Assembly: GCA_964407715.1 (NCBI GenBank)
Contig: CAYOWP010000003.1
Span: 1 to 64,000, forward strand
DNA: 64,000 nt
Source of the DNA: an uncultured archaeon
GTDB lineage: Archaea > EX4484-52 > JAADEF01
Direction of reading: 5' to 3'
Shown here: one piece after another, positions 20,076 to 31,102 of the stretch
Layout of the letters: the number at the start of each line of letters is the position of its first letter
How positions within the stretch are numbered: position 1 is the first letter of the stretch
The notes under the pieces: model-generated
Databases searched by the model: none
What the model saw: only the letters and a program-made list of their open reading frames with translations
What the model was told of the DNA's origin: nothing
Made by a program: the position numbers and the translations under genes

Positions 20076-21290
20076 ATGAAAGAGATTTTTCAAAAGCTCT
20101 ATAAAAACATAAAAAATGTTACATATAAATTTGCACTTCCTGTTGCGCTTTCTTGGTATTGCTTAGTTGGAAATCCACAAGGATTGCCATTCTATAATAT
20201 AAAAAATGCCTATGCAGAGATTAAACATATCAAAATTAAAGATGAGATCAGATTATCAGAAAAAGAATATATATGTTCAAGTGATAAGGTTTATGATCAT
20301 AATAATGGCACAATACTATATACTAGATTTGAATGTTTAAATTCAGAAGATAATGACGACGCAAGAACAATTTTGATGTTTATCATTAATAAAGATAAAG
20401 TAAAAAAGGAAATAGATGAATATCTTGAACATGTGGGTGACAAAACATATAATTCTACTGCTGATGAAATAATGTTACCATCGAAATGGACATATTTTCC
20501 ATCTACTCCAGGATATGCCTTTGATTTACTACAAGGAGAAGAGTATCCAGACATAATAAGACAGGGTGAAAGAGATAGAGTATTTGCACGTCAACTTGCT
20601 GAAAATACTATATTTACGTTTGAAGTAGTTTATTATCCATATAGCAATAAACTTGATTTTATATTGGGTTTTTTATCATCTGAAATGTGGAAATTAATTC
20701 CAAAAAGCAATCCTCGGATTGATTATATCAAAAGAAGAGAGAAAATACCTGTATCCTTATGTGTATCTTCTCCTTGCTTAGAAGATGAAAATTCTGTTAT
20801 TGAAGGTCGAATATTAGTGGATCCTTTCGTAAATAACATGGAATTTATTGAAGAAATAAAAAAGCATGTTCCTTATTTTATGTGCATAGATATTGGATAT
20901 CTTTCCCCATATCTTGAGGATCAGCCAAAAGAAATCATAGAAAAAGCAAGAGACATAGTGGAGAAGAGTCTAGTGGTAGTTATTCCTCAGTATTATTATA
21001 GATTTGTGTGTTCTGATACAGATAAAAAAGATAATTTTTATTTTGATGTTGAAATAAGCAGAGATTATTATACCTACACCGATACTTCCAAGTTTTATGT
21101 AGTAGTAAAATTGGAAGAAGGAAGCACAATAAAGGAAATTGTTAAAAAGGCAAGAAGAACTTTCACATATGAAAATGTAAAAACGGGAGCTGAGATAACA
21201 AAATACTTCTTTAAAATCCTATGGGATACTATAAAAGAAAGCGTCACAACCAAATCTAATGAAAATAAGGATGAAAACTCTTCTCAATGA
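20076..21290 (+). CDS. Hypothetical protein, probably secreted
   Basis: 404-aa ORF with signal-like N-terminus (KNAYAE); no motif recognised; bracketed by repeat arrays. Confidence 0.65.
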   Translation: MKEIFQKLYKNIKNVTYKFALPVALSWYCLVGNPQGLPFYNIKNAYAEIKHIKIKDEIRLSEKEYICSSDKVYDHNNGTILYTRFECLNSEDNDDARTILMFIINKDKVKKEIDEYLEHVGDKTYNSTADEIMLPSKWTYFPSTPGYAFDLLQGEEYPDIIRQGERDRVFARQLAENTIFTFEVVYYPYSNKLDFILGFLSSEMWKLIPKSNPRIDYIKRREKIPVSLCVSSPCLEDENSVIEGRILVDPFVNNMEFIEEIKKHVPYFMCIDIGYLSPYLEDQPKEIIEKARDIVEKSLVVVIPQYYYRFVCSDTDKKDNFYFDVEISRDYYTYTDTSKFYVVVKLEEGSTIKEIVKKARRTFTYENVKTGAEITKYFFKILWDTIKESVTTKSNENKDENSSQ

Positions 21291-21316
21291 TATTTACCCT
21301 TCAAAAATAAGTATAA

Positions 21317-21765
21317 TGGTTAAGGGAAATCATATCCTCTAAAAAAATCGCATAACAGGATAGTAACCTTCAAGAGAAGGATAGCCGCTTCAAACTGCTT
21401 TGAGAGACCACATCTTCCACTCAACCATTTTAAATAAAATTTTGTTAACGTGAAAAATTGCTCCCTAAACCACATTATTGCATTGTAACCTCTATGAAAA
21501 GTTACCTGCTTTAATGTGCTTTTTTAGAGGGTTATGCTTCCCCTTAACCATTCTCTCATTTTGAAATATGGTTACCGGGAAGATATCGCTCTTTTAAGGT
21601 ACATTGCAGCATGCTAACCTTTTTTTGAGGTTAGCTGCTTCGGAACCTCATCAAAAGGTTAGCTGCTTTGACATGCTGAACAAAAAGGTTATACTGCCTG
21701 TTAACCATTCTTTATTTTTTAGAAATAATTGGTTAACGCGAGGAATAGCCATCACAAAAGATACC
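21317..21765. repeat. Palindromic module array (3 units plus a partial)
   Basis: Units include 21442-21550 (109 bp) and 21569-21707 (139 bp). Confidence 0.9.
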
Positions 21766-21852
21766 GCTCCTAAAGTTTTATAGCATAACTATTTTCTATA
21801 CCTAATCTTTTTATGCAAACTTAATAAAATTTTTTGTATCAAATATATTGTT

Positions 21853-22542
21853 ATGAAAATAAATCGTACATTATCACAAATCGAAATTGATAAAGGCGTG
21901 GGAAAGGAGATAGAAAAGAAATTACTCAATGCAAAGGATAGAATCATAGTTATCTCTCCATGGATATCAAAAAGATATATAAGCATATTACACAAAAAAA
22001 CTCATGAAATCAAAGATCTTAGAATTTTTACATATGAAAATGAGGAAAATTATTACTCCATAAATCCATTTGTTGAAAAGAAACTGCATTTAAAAGAATT
22101 TGTATTAAATGGCATTCTTACTCTTGTCTCCTTTTCTCTTTTCATTTACTTGCTATTATACTTCCTTGAATCATATAAATTTATCTTCCTTATCCTAAGC
22201 ATTTTGGTATTTATATCTTTTTTATTATTCTTCATAAATCTAAAGGAAAGCTATACTATCCAGTGTAACATGAACATCATAATTCAATCAGAGAATGATG
22301 AAAACTTTTTGCATTTAAAGGCATATTTGATAGACAAGGAGCTATACATCTCATCAGCAAATTTAACAGAAAATGGGATGAGTAAAAATATTGAAAGTAT
22401 GGTGAGATTCGATGATAATATAGTCATAGAGGAGTTCCTAAGATATGCTGATCATCTAACCAAAAAAGTAAACATGATTCCTTTAGAAAATTTCATAAAG
22501 AAATACTCTATAAAGACAAAGTTTTTTGGATTTATAAGATAA
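21853..22542 (+). CDS. Phospholipase D-like domain protein with an internal TM hairpin
   Basis: VISPWI, HLKAYLID (HxKxxxxD), SSANLT, NIES. Confidence 0.8.
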   Translation: MKINRTLSQIEIDKGVGKEIEKKLLNAKDRIIVISPWISKRYISILHKKTHEIKDLRIFTYENEENYYSINPFVEKKLHLKEFVLNGILTLVSFSLFIYLLLYFLESYKFIFLILSILVFISFLLFFINLKESYTIQCNMNIIIQSENDENFLHLKAYLIDKELYISSANLTENGMSKNIESMVRFDDNIVIEEFLRYADHLTKKVNMIPLENFIKKYSIKTKFFGFIR

Positions 22543-22554
22543 AGAGGAGATAAA

Positions 22555-23331
22555 ATGGAAATGTTAGAAAAAATACTTTATCTATATTCCTCGGAGAAAT
22601 ATACCATAACAACAACTCTTATAAATGTAATTATCGGAATAGCGCTTTTTTATATTGCTCTATTTGTACAAAAACAAAAAAAGATACCTCTAAAGGAATT
22701 GTATTATGCTACATTATCATGGGGGATATTGGGGATAACAATAAGATTCTCAGCTGATATCTTTAATATACAAATGCCTCTCAGATTGTTCTTTATTACT
22801 CCTTTTATATACATAGAAATATTCCTTCTTGCTTTGTGTTTTCTTTATATCAATAGGAAGATATGGACTCATGTTCCTATCTTTATAAGCATCCCTTGTC
22901 TCTTATTCCTAATTATAAATGCAAACCACTTTAGGTTCATGCATGGATTAATAATTATGATATTTACATACGTGGTATATTTATTTGCCAAAAGAAGATA
23001 TTCACAAAAAGAATTCTCCTTACCAATAACTTTTCAAAGTTTTGATGGTTTCACAACCTTTATAGCCACAACATATCTTGCTTTTTATGAGGAGCATTTG
23101 CTTGCAAATAAAATAACAAAATTAGCAAGTAATTATCTATTCACAATAAACAACTCAGGAGCATGGTTATTTCTTCTTATAAAGATTTTGATTCCTGTAC
23201 TATTAATAGAAATAATAAGGAAAAGCGATTATTTAAGAGAAAACAACAACATAAAATTTGTGTTATGGTTCATTGCCTTTCTTGGCTTCTTAACCGGAAC
23301 AAGAAATTTACTTAACATCCTCTTCATATGA
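22555..23331 (+). CDS. DUF63-like archaeal membrane protein
   Basis: FITPFIY, DGFTTF, YEEHLL, LGFLTGTRN; multiple TM helices. Confidence 0.7.
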   Translation: MEMLEKILYLYSSEKYTITTTLINVIIGIALFYIALFVQKQKKIPLKELYYATLSWGILGITIRFSADIFNIQMPLRLFFITPFIYIEIFLLALCFLYINRKIWTHVPIFISIPCLLFLIINANHFRFMHGLIIMIFTYVVYLFAKRRYSQKEFSLPITFQSFDGFTTFIATTYLAFYEEHLLANKITKLASNYLFTINNSGAWLFLLIKILIPVLLIEIIRKSDYLRENNNIKFVLWFIAFLGFLTGTRNLLNILFI

Positions 23332-23335
23332 GCTT

Positions 23336-24140
23336 TGGTTAACGCAACAAAAATCATCCCAGGAGTATTGGAGAAGCTAACCTCTTTTTAAGGTTAGCTT
23401 CTCTAATGTGTCTCATTTAGAATGTACGCTTCCGCTTAACAATTTTCTAATAAATGGTTAACGTGAAAAAATCACTTTCATCCAGGTATTACAGGATCCT
23501 AACCTGGTTAAAAGTAGGTGTCTCACAAACCGCTTAGAGAGGTTAGCTGTTTTGATATGTCTTGTTGATAAGGTATCCTTCCTCTTAACCATTCTTTCAT
23601 TTTGAAAAATGGTTAACGCGAGGAATAACCATTCTAAAAGGTTTGCGGCATGCTAACCCTTTAAAAAAGTCAGCTGCTCACAAACCCCTCTAAAAGGTTA
23701 CCTGCTCTAATGTGCTTTTTAAGAGGGTTATGTTCCCGTTAACCATTTTTTTTATTTTTGAAAAATGGTTAACGCGAAGAATAGCCCTCACGAAAAGGTT
23801 CATGGCATTGTAACCGCTTTAAAAAAGGTTAGCTGCTTCCAAAACGCTCATAAAGGTTAGCTGCTCTAATGTGGTTTTTTAGAGGTTACATCTCCCCTTA
23901 ACCATTTTTTATTTTAAAAAATTGTTAACGGGAAAAATAACCATTCTGAAGGGTTTTGCGGCATTGTAACCTCTATGAAAAGTTACCTGCTTTAATGTGG
24001 CTTTTTAGAGGGTTATGTTTCCCCTTAACCATCTCTTATTTTAAAATGATGGTTAACGGGAAAATATCGCTTTCAAAAACACATCGCAGCATTGTAATCA
24101 CACAACCGGTTAGCTGCTCCACAAACCACTTAAAAAGGTC
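23336..24140. repeat. Palindromic module array (5 units plus a partial)
   Basis: Units include 23610-23745, 23766-23904 and 23922-24031, separated by AT-rich linkers of about 12-20 bp. Confidence 0.92.
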
Positions 24141-24211
24141 ATCATATTGTGAGGTGGATTACTTATATAAAGTCTCCACTTCAATTAACTCTCTCTTATA
24201 CCAAGTCATTC

Positions 24212-26173
24212 TCATCTTAATCGAACGCTTTCAAGATTCTTTGGTAAGCTGACATTCATGTTAAAGAATTTTCTGGCTGCATCTGCGAGATCAGCGGATT
24301 TTTTGGGCTCACCATGATTGATAATCAAATGCTTAGGCTTGGATTTTAAATTGTTGAGATATGCCAATAATTGTCTTCTATCACTATGACCAGAAAAGCC
24401 TTCTACAGTAACCACTTCCATTTCCACTTTAACTCCATTTCCATCATATGGCAATGACACCTCAGCAATGCCCTTCTGAATCTTTGATCCTAAGGTTCCT
24501 TGAGCTTGATATCCTATAAATACCAAGGTATTCTTCTTATCTGATGCTAATTCCTTAAAGTATTCCAATACAGGACCTCCATTCATCATTCCTGATGTTG
24601 ATAATATAACACATGGCTCTGGATTATCTATAACATTTCTCCTATCACCTGAGCTCTTAATGGGTATAAAAATCTCTTCCCCAAATGGATTATATTCCTC
24701 GCGTAAAATCATTTTCTGCATATAAGGAGACATATATTCAGGGTATGTTGTATGTATTGCGGTTACCTCATATATCATACCATCCAAATATACTGGAATA
24801 TTGAAATCAGGATTTCTCCTTTTGTACTCTGCAATGGTCATCATTACCTCCTGACTTCTACCAACAGCAAATACAGGTATCAAAACTTTACCTTTTCTCT
24901 CAGCTGTCTTTAATATGATATCCATCAATTTCTCATCAGCCTCTTTTCGTGAAGGAAGAACATCCTCTTTACCACCATAAGTTGACTCTATAAGCATGGA
25001 CTCTACCCTTGAATAATTTACAAACGCAGGCTCCAATAACTTACTTGGCCCAAATTTTATGTCTCCAGTATATACAAAATTGTGAAATCCTTGGCCTATA
25101 TGTATATGAACAGAAGCACTTCCAAGTATATGTCCAGCATTGAAGAAAGTTAATCTCATATCTGGTGTTATATCAAAAACTTCACCATAGTTAAGCGTGA
25201 CCGTATGTCTCAAAGCCTCTTTTATGCCTTTAGATGTATATGGAGCTACTTCACCAATATTTTTGGACACGTCAATATAATCAAGTTGTAAAAGAGTTGA
25301 TAAATCCCTTGTGGGCTCTGTCATATACACTGGCCCGCGATAACCTAATTCATAGAGCATGGGTATCATGCCACAATGATCAGTATGAGCATGAGACAAT
25401 ATAACAGCATCCAAATCATCTAAGGAGAACTCAGGCGCATCTATATAAGGAAATCTCGCAGAGTGATTCATTCCAGCACCGAAATCCAACAAAACTCTTG
25501 ATGTTTTTGTTTGTAAAAGAATAGCTGACCTACCAATCTCCTCAAAACTTCCTAAGGCAGTAATTCTTACCCATCCTATAGATTTTCCTCCTTTCTTAAG
25601 TTGAATCCTCTCTCCTATCTTTTCAAGAAACTTCTTTCTATATGTTCTCTCCTCATGTATTATTTCTCTTGCCTTATTTACAATTGGCGATGGTATCAAT
25701 GGCACCCTTTGAAATTCAACATCCCACAATGTCTCTCTTTTTATTTTTTTTATTATCTCTCCTTCCTTCCCAATCACCATCCCTGGTCTCTTTGCAAAGA
25801 TAATCATCTTAGAGAATTCAGGCTCAAAAAGAATCTCTTTTATCTCTGCCTCTTCTGGAGCTAACTTCATAACCAATTCCTTAGCTTTTTCAGGTGGCAT
25901 AGAAATTGAAGGATCAGGTCTTACATGTATTCTCTTTTTTATTGCCTTTGCTAAAGGTCTTAATTTATTTAATCCCTCAATAAAGAAATCCTTATTCTTT
26001 GTATATACCACAATATCCGGCCCTTCAAAACTCAATTTAAATGGTTTTGCTTCCTCAGGAATATATTTTTTTATACTATCCAAATCCATAACTTCTTCAT
26101 CCAATTTGATATCCAACATCTCATTATTAGAATCCTCTTTCTTGTTTACATTATCTCCTTTTTCTTTTTTCAT
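24212..26173 (-). CDS. fttA: Beta-CASP ribonuclease aCPSF1 / transcription termination factor FttA
   Basis: N-terminal KH domains, SHAHTDH, AGHILGS, FSGHSDRRQL; adjacent to psmB as is typical. Confidence 0.95.
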   Translation of the reverse strand: MKKEKGDNVNKKEDSNNEMLDIKLDEEVMDLDSIKKYIPEEAKPFKLSFEGPDIVVYTKNKDFFIEGLNKLRPLAKAIKKRIHVRPDPSISMPPEKAKELVMKLAPEEAEIKEILFEPEFSKMIIFAKRPGMVIGKEGEIIKKIKRETLWDVEFQRVPLIPSPIVNKAREIIHEERTYRKKFLEKIGERIQLKKGGKSIGWVRITALGSFEEIGRSAILLQTKTSRVLLDFGAGMNHSARFPYIDAPEFSLDDLDAVILSHAHTDHCGMIPMLYELGYRGPVYMTEPTRDLSTLLQLDYIDVSKNIGEVAPYTSKGIKEALRHTVTLNYGEVFDITPDMRLTFFNAGHILGSASVHIHIGQGFHNFVYTGDIKFGPSKLLEPAFVNYSRVESMLIESTYGGKEDVLPSRKEADEKLMDIILKTAERKGKVLIPVFAVGRSQEVMMTIAEYKRRNPDFNIPVYLDGMIYEVTAIHTTYPEYMSPYMQKMILREEYNPFGEEIFIPIKSSGDRRNVIDNPEPCVILSTSGMMNGGPVLEYFKELASDKKNTLVFIGYQAQGTLGSKIQKGIAEVSLPYDGNGVKVEMEVVTVEGFSGHSDRRQLLAYLNNLKSKPKHLIINHGEPKKSADLADAARKFFNMNVSLPKNLESVRLR

Positions 26174-26262
26174 ATATCTCTACCTTCAGTGTTATCAATG
26201 AGATAAGCAAAATTATATGAAACATCAACAAAAAGAAGATTCATAAGAGCAAAATCATGAAT

Positions 26263-26937
26263 TTACATAAGAATATTCCTTAAAATTTCATCAACCTCCT
26301 TATCTGTTAATCTTCTATATCCATCTTTATTCATAACAACCACATCAATGCCTTTTCCTCCACTAGCAGTATCACGTTCTGCTGCTGCTTTTATGCTTCT
26401 TATCGCAAGCTCTATTGCCTCACTCTCTTTGAGATCTTTTCTATAGCCATTCTCCAATACTCCTACAGCTATAACGCTCCCTGATCCAGAAAATGTATAT
26501 TCAGATGCCTCATCAATCCCACCAGCAGCATCTATGCTATATAGATGAGGTTTTGAATCATACCCTCCAACAATAAGCTGCACTAATTCAGGATGAAAGC
26601 TCTTATAAGAGGCTCTCAAGATATTAGCAAGCAAAACAACAGCTGCTTTAACAGGTACATATCCATGCTCATATTTGTACAACTCCAACTCAGCCCTTAA
26701 TAATCTAATCATTGCCTGAGCATCACCCACACTACCTGCAATTGTCATACAAATAGAATCAATGATATGATGTATCTTATTTGCTTCCTTTGATGCCACT
26801 AAATGTCCCATTGTAGCCTTTTTATCTGCTGCCAAAACAACACCATCCTTATACAATATCCCAACTGTGGTTGTACCTGTCTTTAAGATGTTCATATCTT
26901 TATTCTCTGAAATAATGATCACCTTATCATCCAACAA
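26263..26937 (-). CDS. psmB: Proteasome beta subunit
   Basis: KTG|TTTVG, AADKKAT, AGSVGDAQ, SGSGS, ERDTASG. Confidence 0.96.
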   Translation of the reverse strand: MLDDKVIIISENKDMNILKTGTTTVGILYKDGVVLAADKKATMGHLVASKEANKIHHIIDSICMTIAGSVGDAQAMIRLLRAELELYKYEHGYVPVKAAVVLLANILRASYKSFHPELVQLIVGGYDSKPHLYSIDAAGGIDEASEYTFSGSGSVIAVGVLENGYRKDLKESEAIELAIRSIKAAAERDTASGGKGIDVVVMNKDGYRRLTDKEVDEILRNILM

Positions 26938-27238
26938 GTTTTATCTCAACATTAACATTATGAGGTATATCTATTCTCATTATATGTTTTAGAGTCCTCT
27001 CATCCACCGCGATATCCAACACTCTTTTATGTATCCTCATCTCCCATCTATCCCATGTCTCAGTTCCATCTCCTGAAACAGCCTTTCTAACAACCACTCT
27101 CAAACGTTTTGTAGGTAGTGGAATGGGTCCCGAAACCTTAGTACCATGTGACAAAGCAATCTCTTTTATCTCCATAGCAATCTTATCCAAAAGTTTATGA
27201 TCAGTAGAAGTTAATTTAATCCTTGCAACTTGCATCAA
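26927..27238 (-). CDS. rpsJ: 30S ribosomal protein S10 (uS10)
   Basis: ARIKLTS, GPIPLPTK, WEMRIHKR. Confidence 0.97.
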   Translation of the reverse strand: MMQVARIKLTSTDHKLLDKIAMEIKEIALSHGTKVSGPIPLPTKRLRVVVRKAVSGDGTETWDRWEMRIHKRVLDIAVDERTLKHIMRIDIPHNVNVEIKLVG

Positions 27239-27285
27239 ATATCACCATAAATATAAAATAATAAAGGAAATAAAAATTCAAAATC

Positions 27286-28560
27286 TTACTTATTTGCAGG
27301 TACAAGATCCAATACAACTCCAGCAGCAATTGTCATACCCATATCCCTAATAGCAAACCTCGCCAATTGTGGGAAATCGCTTTGCTTTTCTAAAACAATT
27401 GGCTTTATAGGTACCAATTTAACAACAGCAGCATCTCCAGGTTTAATAAAGTCTGGATTCTCTTCAACTGCTGCACCGGTTTTTGGATCAATCTTCTTTA
27501 ATATCTCCTCAAATCTACATGCTACATGAGCTGTGTGGGCATGAACCACAGGAGTGTAGCCTTTTGTTATAACAGATGGATGTTGTAATACAATTATTTG
27601 CGCAGTAAATTCCTTAACAACTGTTGGAGGATTATCTGGCTTACCAATAACATCTCCTCTATCAACATCATCCTTGGTGATTCCTCTTATGTTCACTCCT
27701 ATGTTATCTCCTGCCTTTGCTTCTTTTAGTGGCTCATGGTGCATCTCAATACTTTTGACCTCTCCTTCTTTATGTGGAGGTTCTATAATTACTTTATCTC
27801 CTGGTCTTAGAATTCCTGTCTCCACTCTCCCAACAACAACAGTACCTACCCCCTTTATGTTATATACATCCTGAATAGGCATTCTGAAAGGCTTATCAAT
27901 AGGCAACTCTGGAGGCTCTATCATGTCAAGAGCCTCTATCACTGTTGGCCCAGTATACCATGGCATATTTTGTGATTTGTTTACCACATTATCTCCATAC
28001 CATGCAGATATAGGAATAAATAGCATCTTCGAAACATCATACCCTACTGTCCTAAGTAAATTTTCCAAATTCTTTTTAACCTCTTCATATTTCTTTTGAT
28101 CCCAATTAACCTCATCCATTTTATTTATCACAACAATCATATTTTTAATTCCCATCGTTCTTGCTAAGAACACATGTTCCTTTGTTTGTGGCATTATTCC
28201 CTCTTTTGCACCAACTACAAGAATAGCAACATCAGCTTGTGAAGCACCAGTTATCATGTTCTTAACGAAATCTCTGTGTCCAGGAGCATCAATAATTGTA
28301 TAATAATACTTGGAAGTATCAAATCTTTGATGCATAATGTCTATAGTAACTCCTCTTTCCCTTTCTTCCTTCATTCTATCCATCAGAAATGCAAATTTAA
28401 AACTCTCTTTCTTCAACTCCTTTGCTTTTTCCTCTATCTTTCTCATTTCCTGTTCAGGAATATTACCAGTGTCCCATAACAACCTTCCAACTAATGTTGA
28501 CTTTCCATGATCCACGTGCCCTATTGTCACCAAGTTTATATGTGGTTTCTCTGCTGCCAT
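27286..28560 (-). CDS. tuf: Elongation factor 1-alpha
   Basis: [36 protein letters not shown]. Confidence 0.98.
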   Translation of the reverse strand: MAAEKPHINLVTIGHVDHGKSTLVGRLLWDTGNIPEQEMRKIEEKAKELKKESFKFAFLMDRMKEERERGVTIDIMHQRFDTSKYYYTIIDAPGHRDFVKNMITGASQADVAILVVGAKEGIMPQTKEHVFLARTMGIKNMIVVINKMDEVNWDQKKYEEVKKNLENLLRTVGYDVSKMLFIPISAWYGDNVVNKSQNMPWYTGPTVIEALDMIEPPELPIDKPFRMPIQDVYNIKGVGTVVVGRVETGILRPGDKVIIEPPHKEGEVKSIEMHHEPLKEAKAGDNIGVNIRGITKDDVDRGDVIGKPDNPPTVVKEFTAQIIVLQHPSVITKGYTPVVHAHTAHVACRFEEILKKIDPKTGAAVEENPDFIKPGDAAVVKLVPIKPIVLEKQSDFPQLARFAIRDMGMTIAAGVVLDLVPANK

Positions 28561-28647
28561 GTTTATTCACCTCTCTTGGAAATAATTAATGTACGGATAT
28601 AAACATAATAAATAATAAAATTTTAAAAAAGTAACGGTAAATAAAGG

Positions 28648-28914
28648 TCAATCTATTTTAATTCTCTTTCCTATCTCTATTCCTAAAGATTTAAAACTTT
28701 CAATTATTTTTTTGTTATCATTTAAAGCATTCTCAGGAATCTTCTTTTCTGGGATAGGAATAACATGTTTGATATTTGTTTTTTTGTTTTTGATGATTTT
28801 TTCATTTAGAGGAATGCCTATTATTAAAAATTTATCATCTATCTTTTCTTTAACAAAACCATAATATCCAGCAAATCTCCCATTTAACTTCACAACCACT
28901 TGCCCAATATCCAT
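28648..28914 (-). CDS. rpl14e: 50S ribosomal protein L14e
   Basis: IGQVVVKLNGRFAG KOW motif, NIKHV; position after L34e. Confidence 0.8.
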   Translation of the reverse strand: MDIGQVVVKLNGRFAGYYGFVKEKIDDKFLIIGIPLNEKIIKNKKTNIKHVIPIPEKKIPENALNDNKKIIESFKSLGIEIGKRIKID

Positions 28915-28928
28915 AAATCTCACCTTTT

Positions 28929-29204
28929 TTATTCAATCAACTTTGCAATGGCATTTATAATTCTCCTCTTTAATCCTCTTGGAGATAAAACTCCTCCATA
29001 ATATCTTGTTGGTCTTTTCTCAGTCTTCGAATAATTTCTCAAATCTCTTTTTCTTCCATATAGTGTGCCATTTAATATCTCACCTGTCTCTGGGCAATGC
29101 ATCTTAGATGTCTTTGATTTTCTAAATATTATCCCAACAACCCCAGAAGGCAATCTTCTTTTCTTAATACGCCACTTATTTGTCCTTAAATGCCTCTTTA
29201 CCAT
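28929..29204 (-). CDS. rpl34e: 50S ribosomal protein L34e
   Basis: RLPSG, SKTEKRPTRYYGGVLS. Confidence 0.9.
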   Translation of the reverse strand: MVKRHLRTNKWRIKKRRLPSGVVGIIFRKSKTSKMHCPETGEILNGTLYGRKRDLRNYSKTEKRPTRYYGGVLSPRGLKRRIINAIAKLIE

Positions 29205-29239
29205 TCCAAATCACCACATGATAATTTATTTTTAATGAA

Positions 29240-29686
29240 TTAATACTCCAATTTTAAAAGTTTTTTTATAAGAAAAGAAAACAATATTGAGTAAAATATA
29301 TACAACCATATCCACGAGATATCGCTTCCAACAAACAGCATCTTAAAAGGCAATGCAAAATGCACATCTCCTATAACCTTTTTAAGATAATAATATAGTG
29401 GTAGCAAAAACAAAAGGTTGATCATCATGGTTTTAAATGTCAATCTGAACTGTTCATTAAGCAAAGAATATTGCTCATTCAAAAGGTCTTTGTATTTCTC
29501 AGGATCCTTCTGAAAGTCTTTATGCTTCATTTTTTCTCTCAATTTCTCCATTCTCTCTTTTAAATTTTTCATCTTATGATGATCCAAAGTAAACTTCATA
29601 ACCAAATTGCTAAATAATGAAACTAAAAAAGCAATCACGGTTAATGTAACTATAGGGGAATAAATCATGTAAAACATTTGCATCAC
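29240..29686 (-). CDS. EMC3/TMCO1 (DUF106) family membrane protein
   Basis: TM, coiled coil, TM and WIWLYI; conserved position after secY. Confidence 0.85.
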   Translation of the reverse strand: MMQMFYMIYSPIVTLTVIAFLVSLFSNLVMKFTLDHHKMKNLKERMEKLREKMKHKDFQKDPEKYKDLLNEQYSLLNEQFRLTFKTMMINLLFLLPLYYYLKKVIGDVHFALPFKMLFVGSDISWIWLYIFYSILFSFLIKKLLKLEY

Positions 29687-29687
29687 C

Positions 29688-31064
29688 TCACTTTATAAAT
29701 CTCCTCAATAGGGAAGGCATTTCCTCTATGTTGTATTGCACTATAAGCTCATACATATTGTGAGCAATCATAACCGCTAACAATAATCCAGTACCGCTTG
29801 TTAAAGCTCCAAGGAGATCAGCAAACGCAGCAAGTAATCCTACAAAGCCACCACCAAGAACTGTTAAAGGAGGAATATATCTCTCCAAAACCTTTTCCAT
29901 CACCCTTGGATCACGTCTAAATCCTGGAATTTGCATTCCTGCATTTACAATTTGATTCGCAACACTTCTAGCATCCATTCCAGATGTATTAACCCAAAAT
30001 ACAGCAAAGATAACACTAAAGATTATCATATACAAAGTATAAGACAGTGCTCTCAAGGCTTCTGTCATGGATATGTTGGAAGTGAATACATCAATGATAA
30101 ATGTTCTTGGAGGTGTTAAATAATAGACAACTCCTCCTATAGGTTGGCCGTTAGCAGAGAATGATCCAAGCAAAGAGATTCCACGATTATACAACATTTG
30201 ACCCCACAATTGAAGATTTATAAGAAGCGCAGACGCCAAGATTACAGGCATATTGCTCGTGTAGATAAACTTTAATGGCCATTTTCTACCAAAACCACGA
30301 AAACTTGACAATACCAAGGGAATCTCAACCCTCAATGATTGTGCATATACTACAGAGATAAAAATAATAAGAGTTGTTAAAAGAGGAATTATATATGCTG
30401 ATATAAACACAGATATATTCTCAATACCATTAACAATGCTATATATTATTTGAGGAATAACTCCAACAAATCCTTCTCCCACTCTTGTAAAACTAAAAGA
30501 TCTTATAAATAATCCTTTAGATACTCCTGCCAAAATAAATAAAGATACTCCAGAGCCAATACCCCACTTTGATATGAGATCATCCAAGTAAATAATTATA
30601 ATACTTCCCAATGCAACCTGAAAGATAATGAATAAGCTCCATTCTAAGGTTGGAATCTCAGGTTTTAATGCACCAAAAACCACCATGGAAGTGCTCTCTA
30701 AAAAGGAAAATATTATAGCCAAAAGTTTCTGCATACCTTGAAACCATGCTCTTCCTTCGAATGTATTGAGATCAACCTTAATTAATCCAGAACCAACGAG
30801 AAGCTGCATGATAATACTTGCCGTAACTATAGGTCCAATACCTAACATGGCAAAAGTGCCCATTGCAGCACCAAAAATTATAGAAATCTGCTCAAAATAT
30901 GCAAGAGATTCTGATGATACACCAATGAGAGGTAAATTGGACAACATAAAGTATATGATCAGAGAAATCAAAGTCCAAACAAGACGCTCCTTAAATATTA
31001 CCTGCCTTTCTGGATATCTTATTGTCGGAATATAATTCAATATCTCACTAAACATCATCCCCAT
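29688..31064 (-). CDS. secY: Preprotein translocase SecY
   Basis: LGIGPIVTASII, SKWGIGSG, YTSNMPVIL, QIPGFRRD; ORF-track start is 31106. Confidence 0.97.
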   Translation of the reverse strand: MGMMFSEILNYIPTIRYPERQVIFKERLVWTLISLIIYFMLSNLPLIGVSSESLAYFEQISIIFGAAMGTFAMLGIGPIVTASIIMQLLVGSGLIKVDLNTFEGRAWFQGMQKLLAIIFSFLESTSMVVFGALKPEIPTLEWSLFIIFQVALGSIIIIYLDDLISKWGIGSGVSLFILAGVSKGLFIRSFSFTRVGEGFVGVIPQIIYSIVNGIENISVFISAYIIPLLTTLIIFISVVYAQSLRVEIPLVLSSFRGFGRKWPLKFIYTSNMPVILASALLINLQLWGQMLYNRGISLLGSFSANGQPIGGVVYYLTPPRTFIIDVFTSNISMTEALRALSYTLYMIIFSVIFAVFWVNTSGMDARSVANQIVNAGMQIPGFRRDPRVMEKVLERYIPPLTVLGGGFVGLLAAFADLLGALTSGTGLLLAVMIAHNMYELIVQYNIEEMPSLLRRFIK

Positions 31065-31102
31065 ATATGAACCCTCTTTTCTTATAATCATCAAGAAAAG
31101 GA

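Noticed and set aside
23336-24140. Arrays as canonical integron attC cassette arrays
   Set aside because: Units abut with no ORFs between them, the cores do not fit GTTRRRY, and there is no integrase; only a structural analogy is kept
23956-24252. 98-aa ORF
   Set aside because: Lies within the array and overlaps the fttA 3' end on the opposite strand
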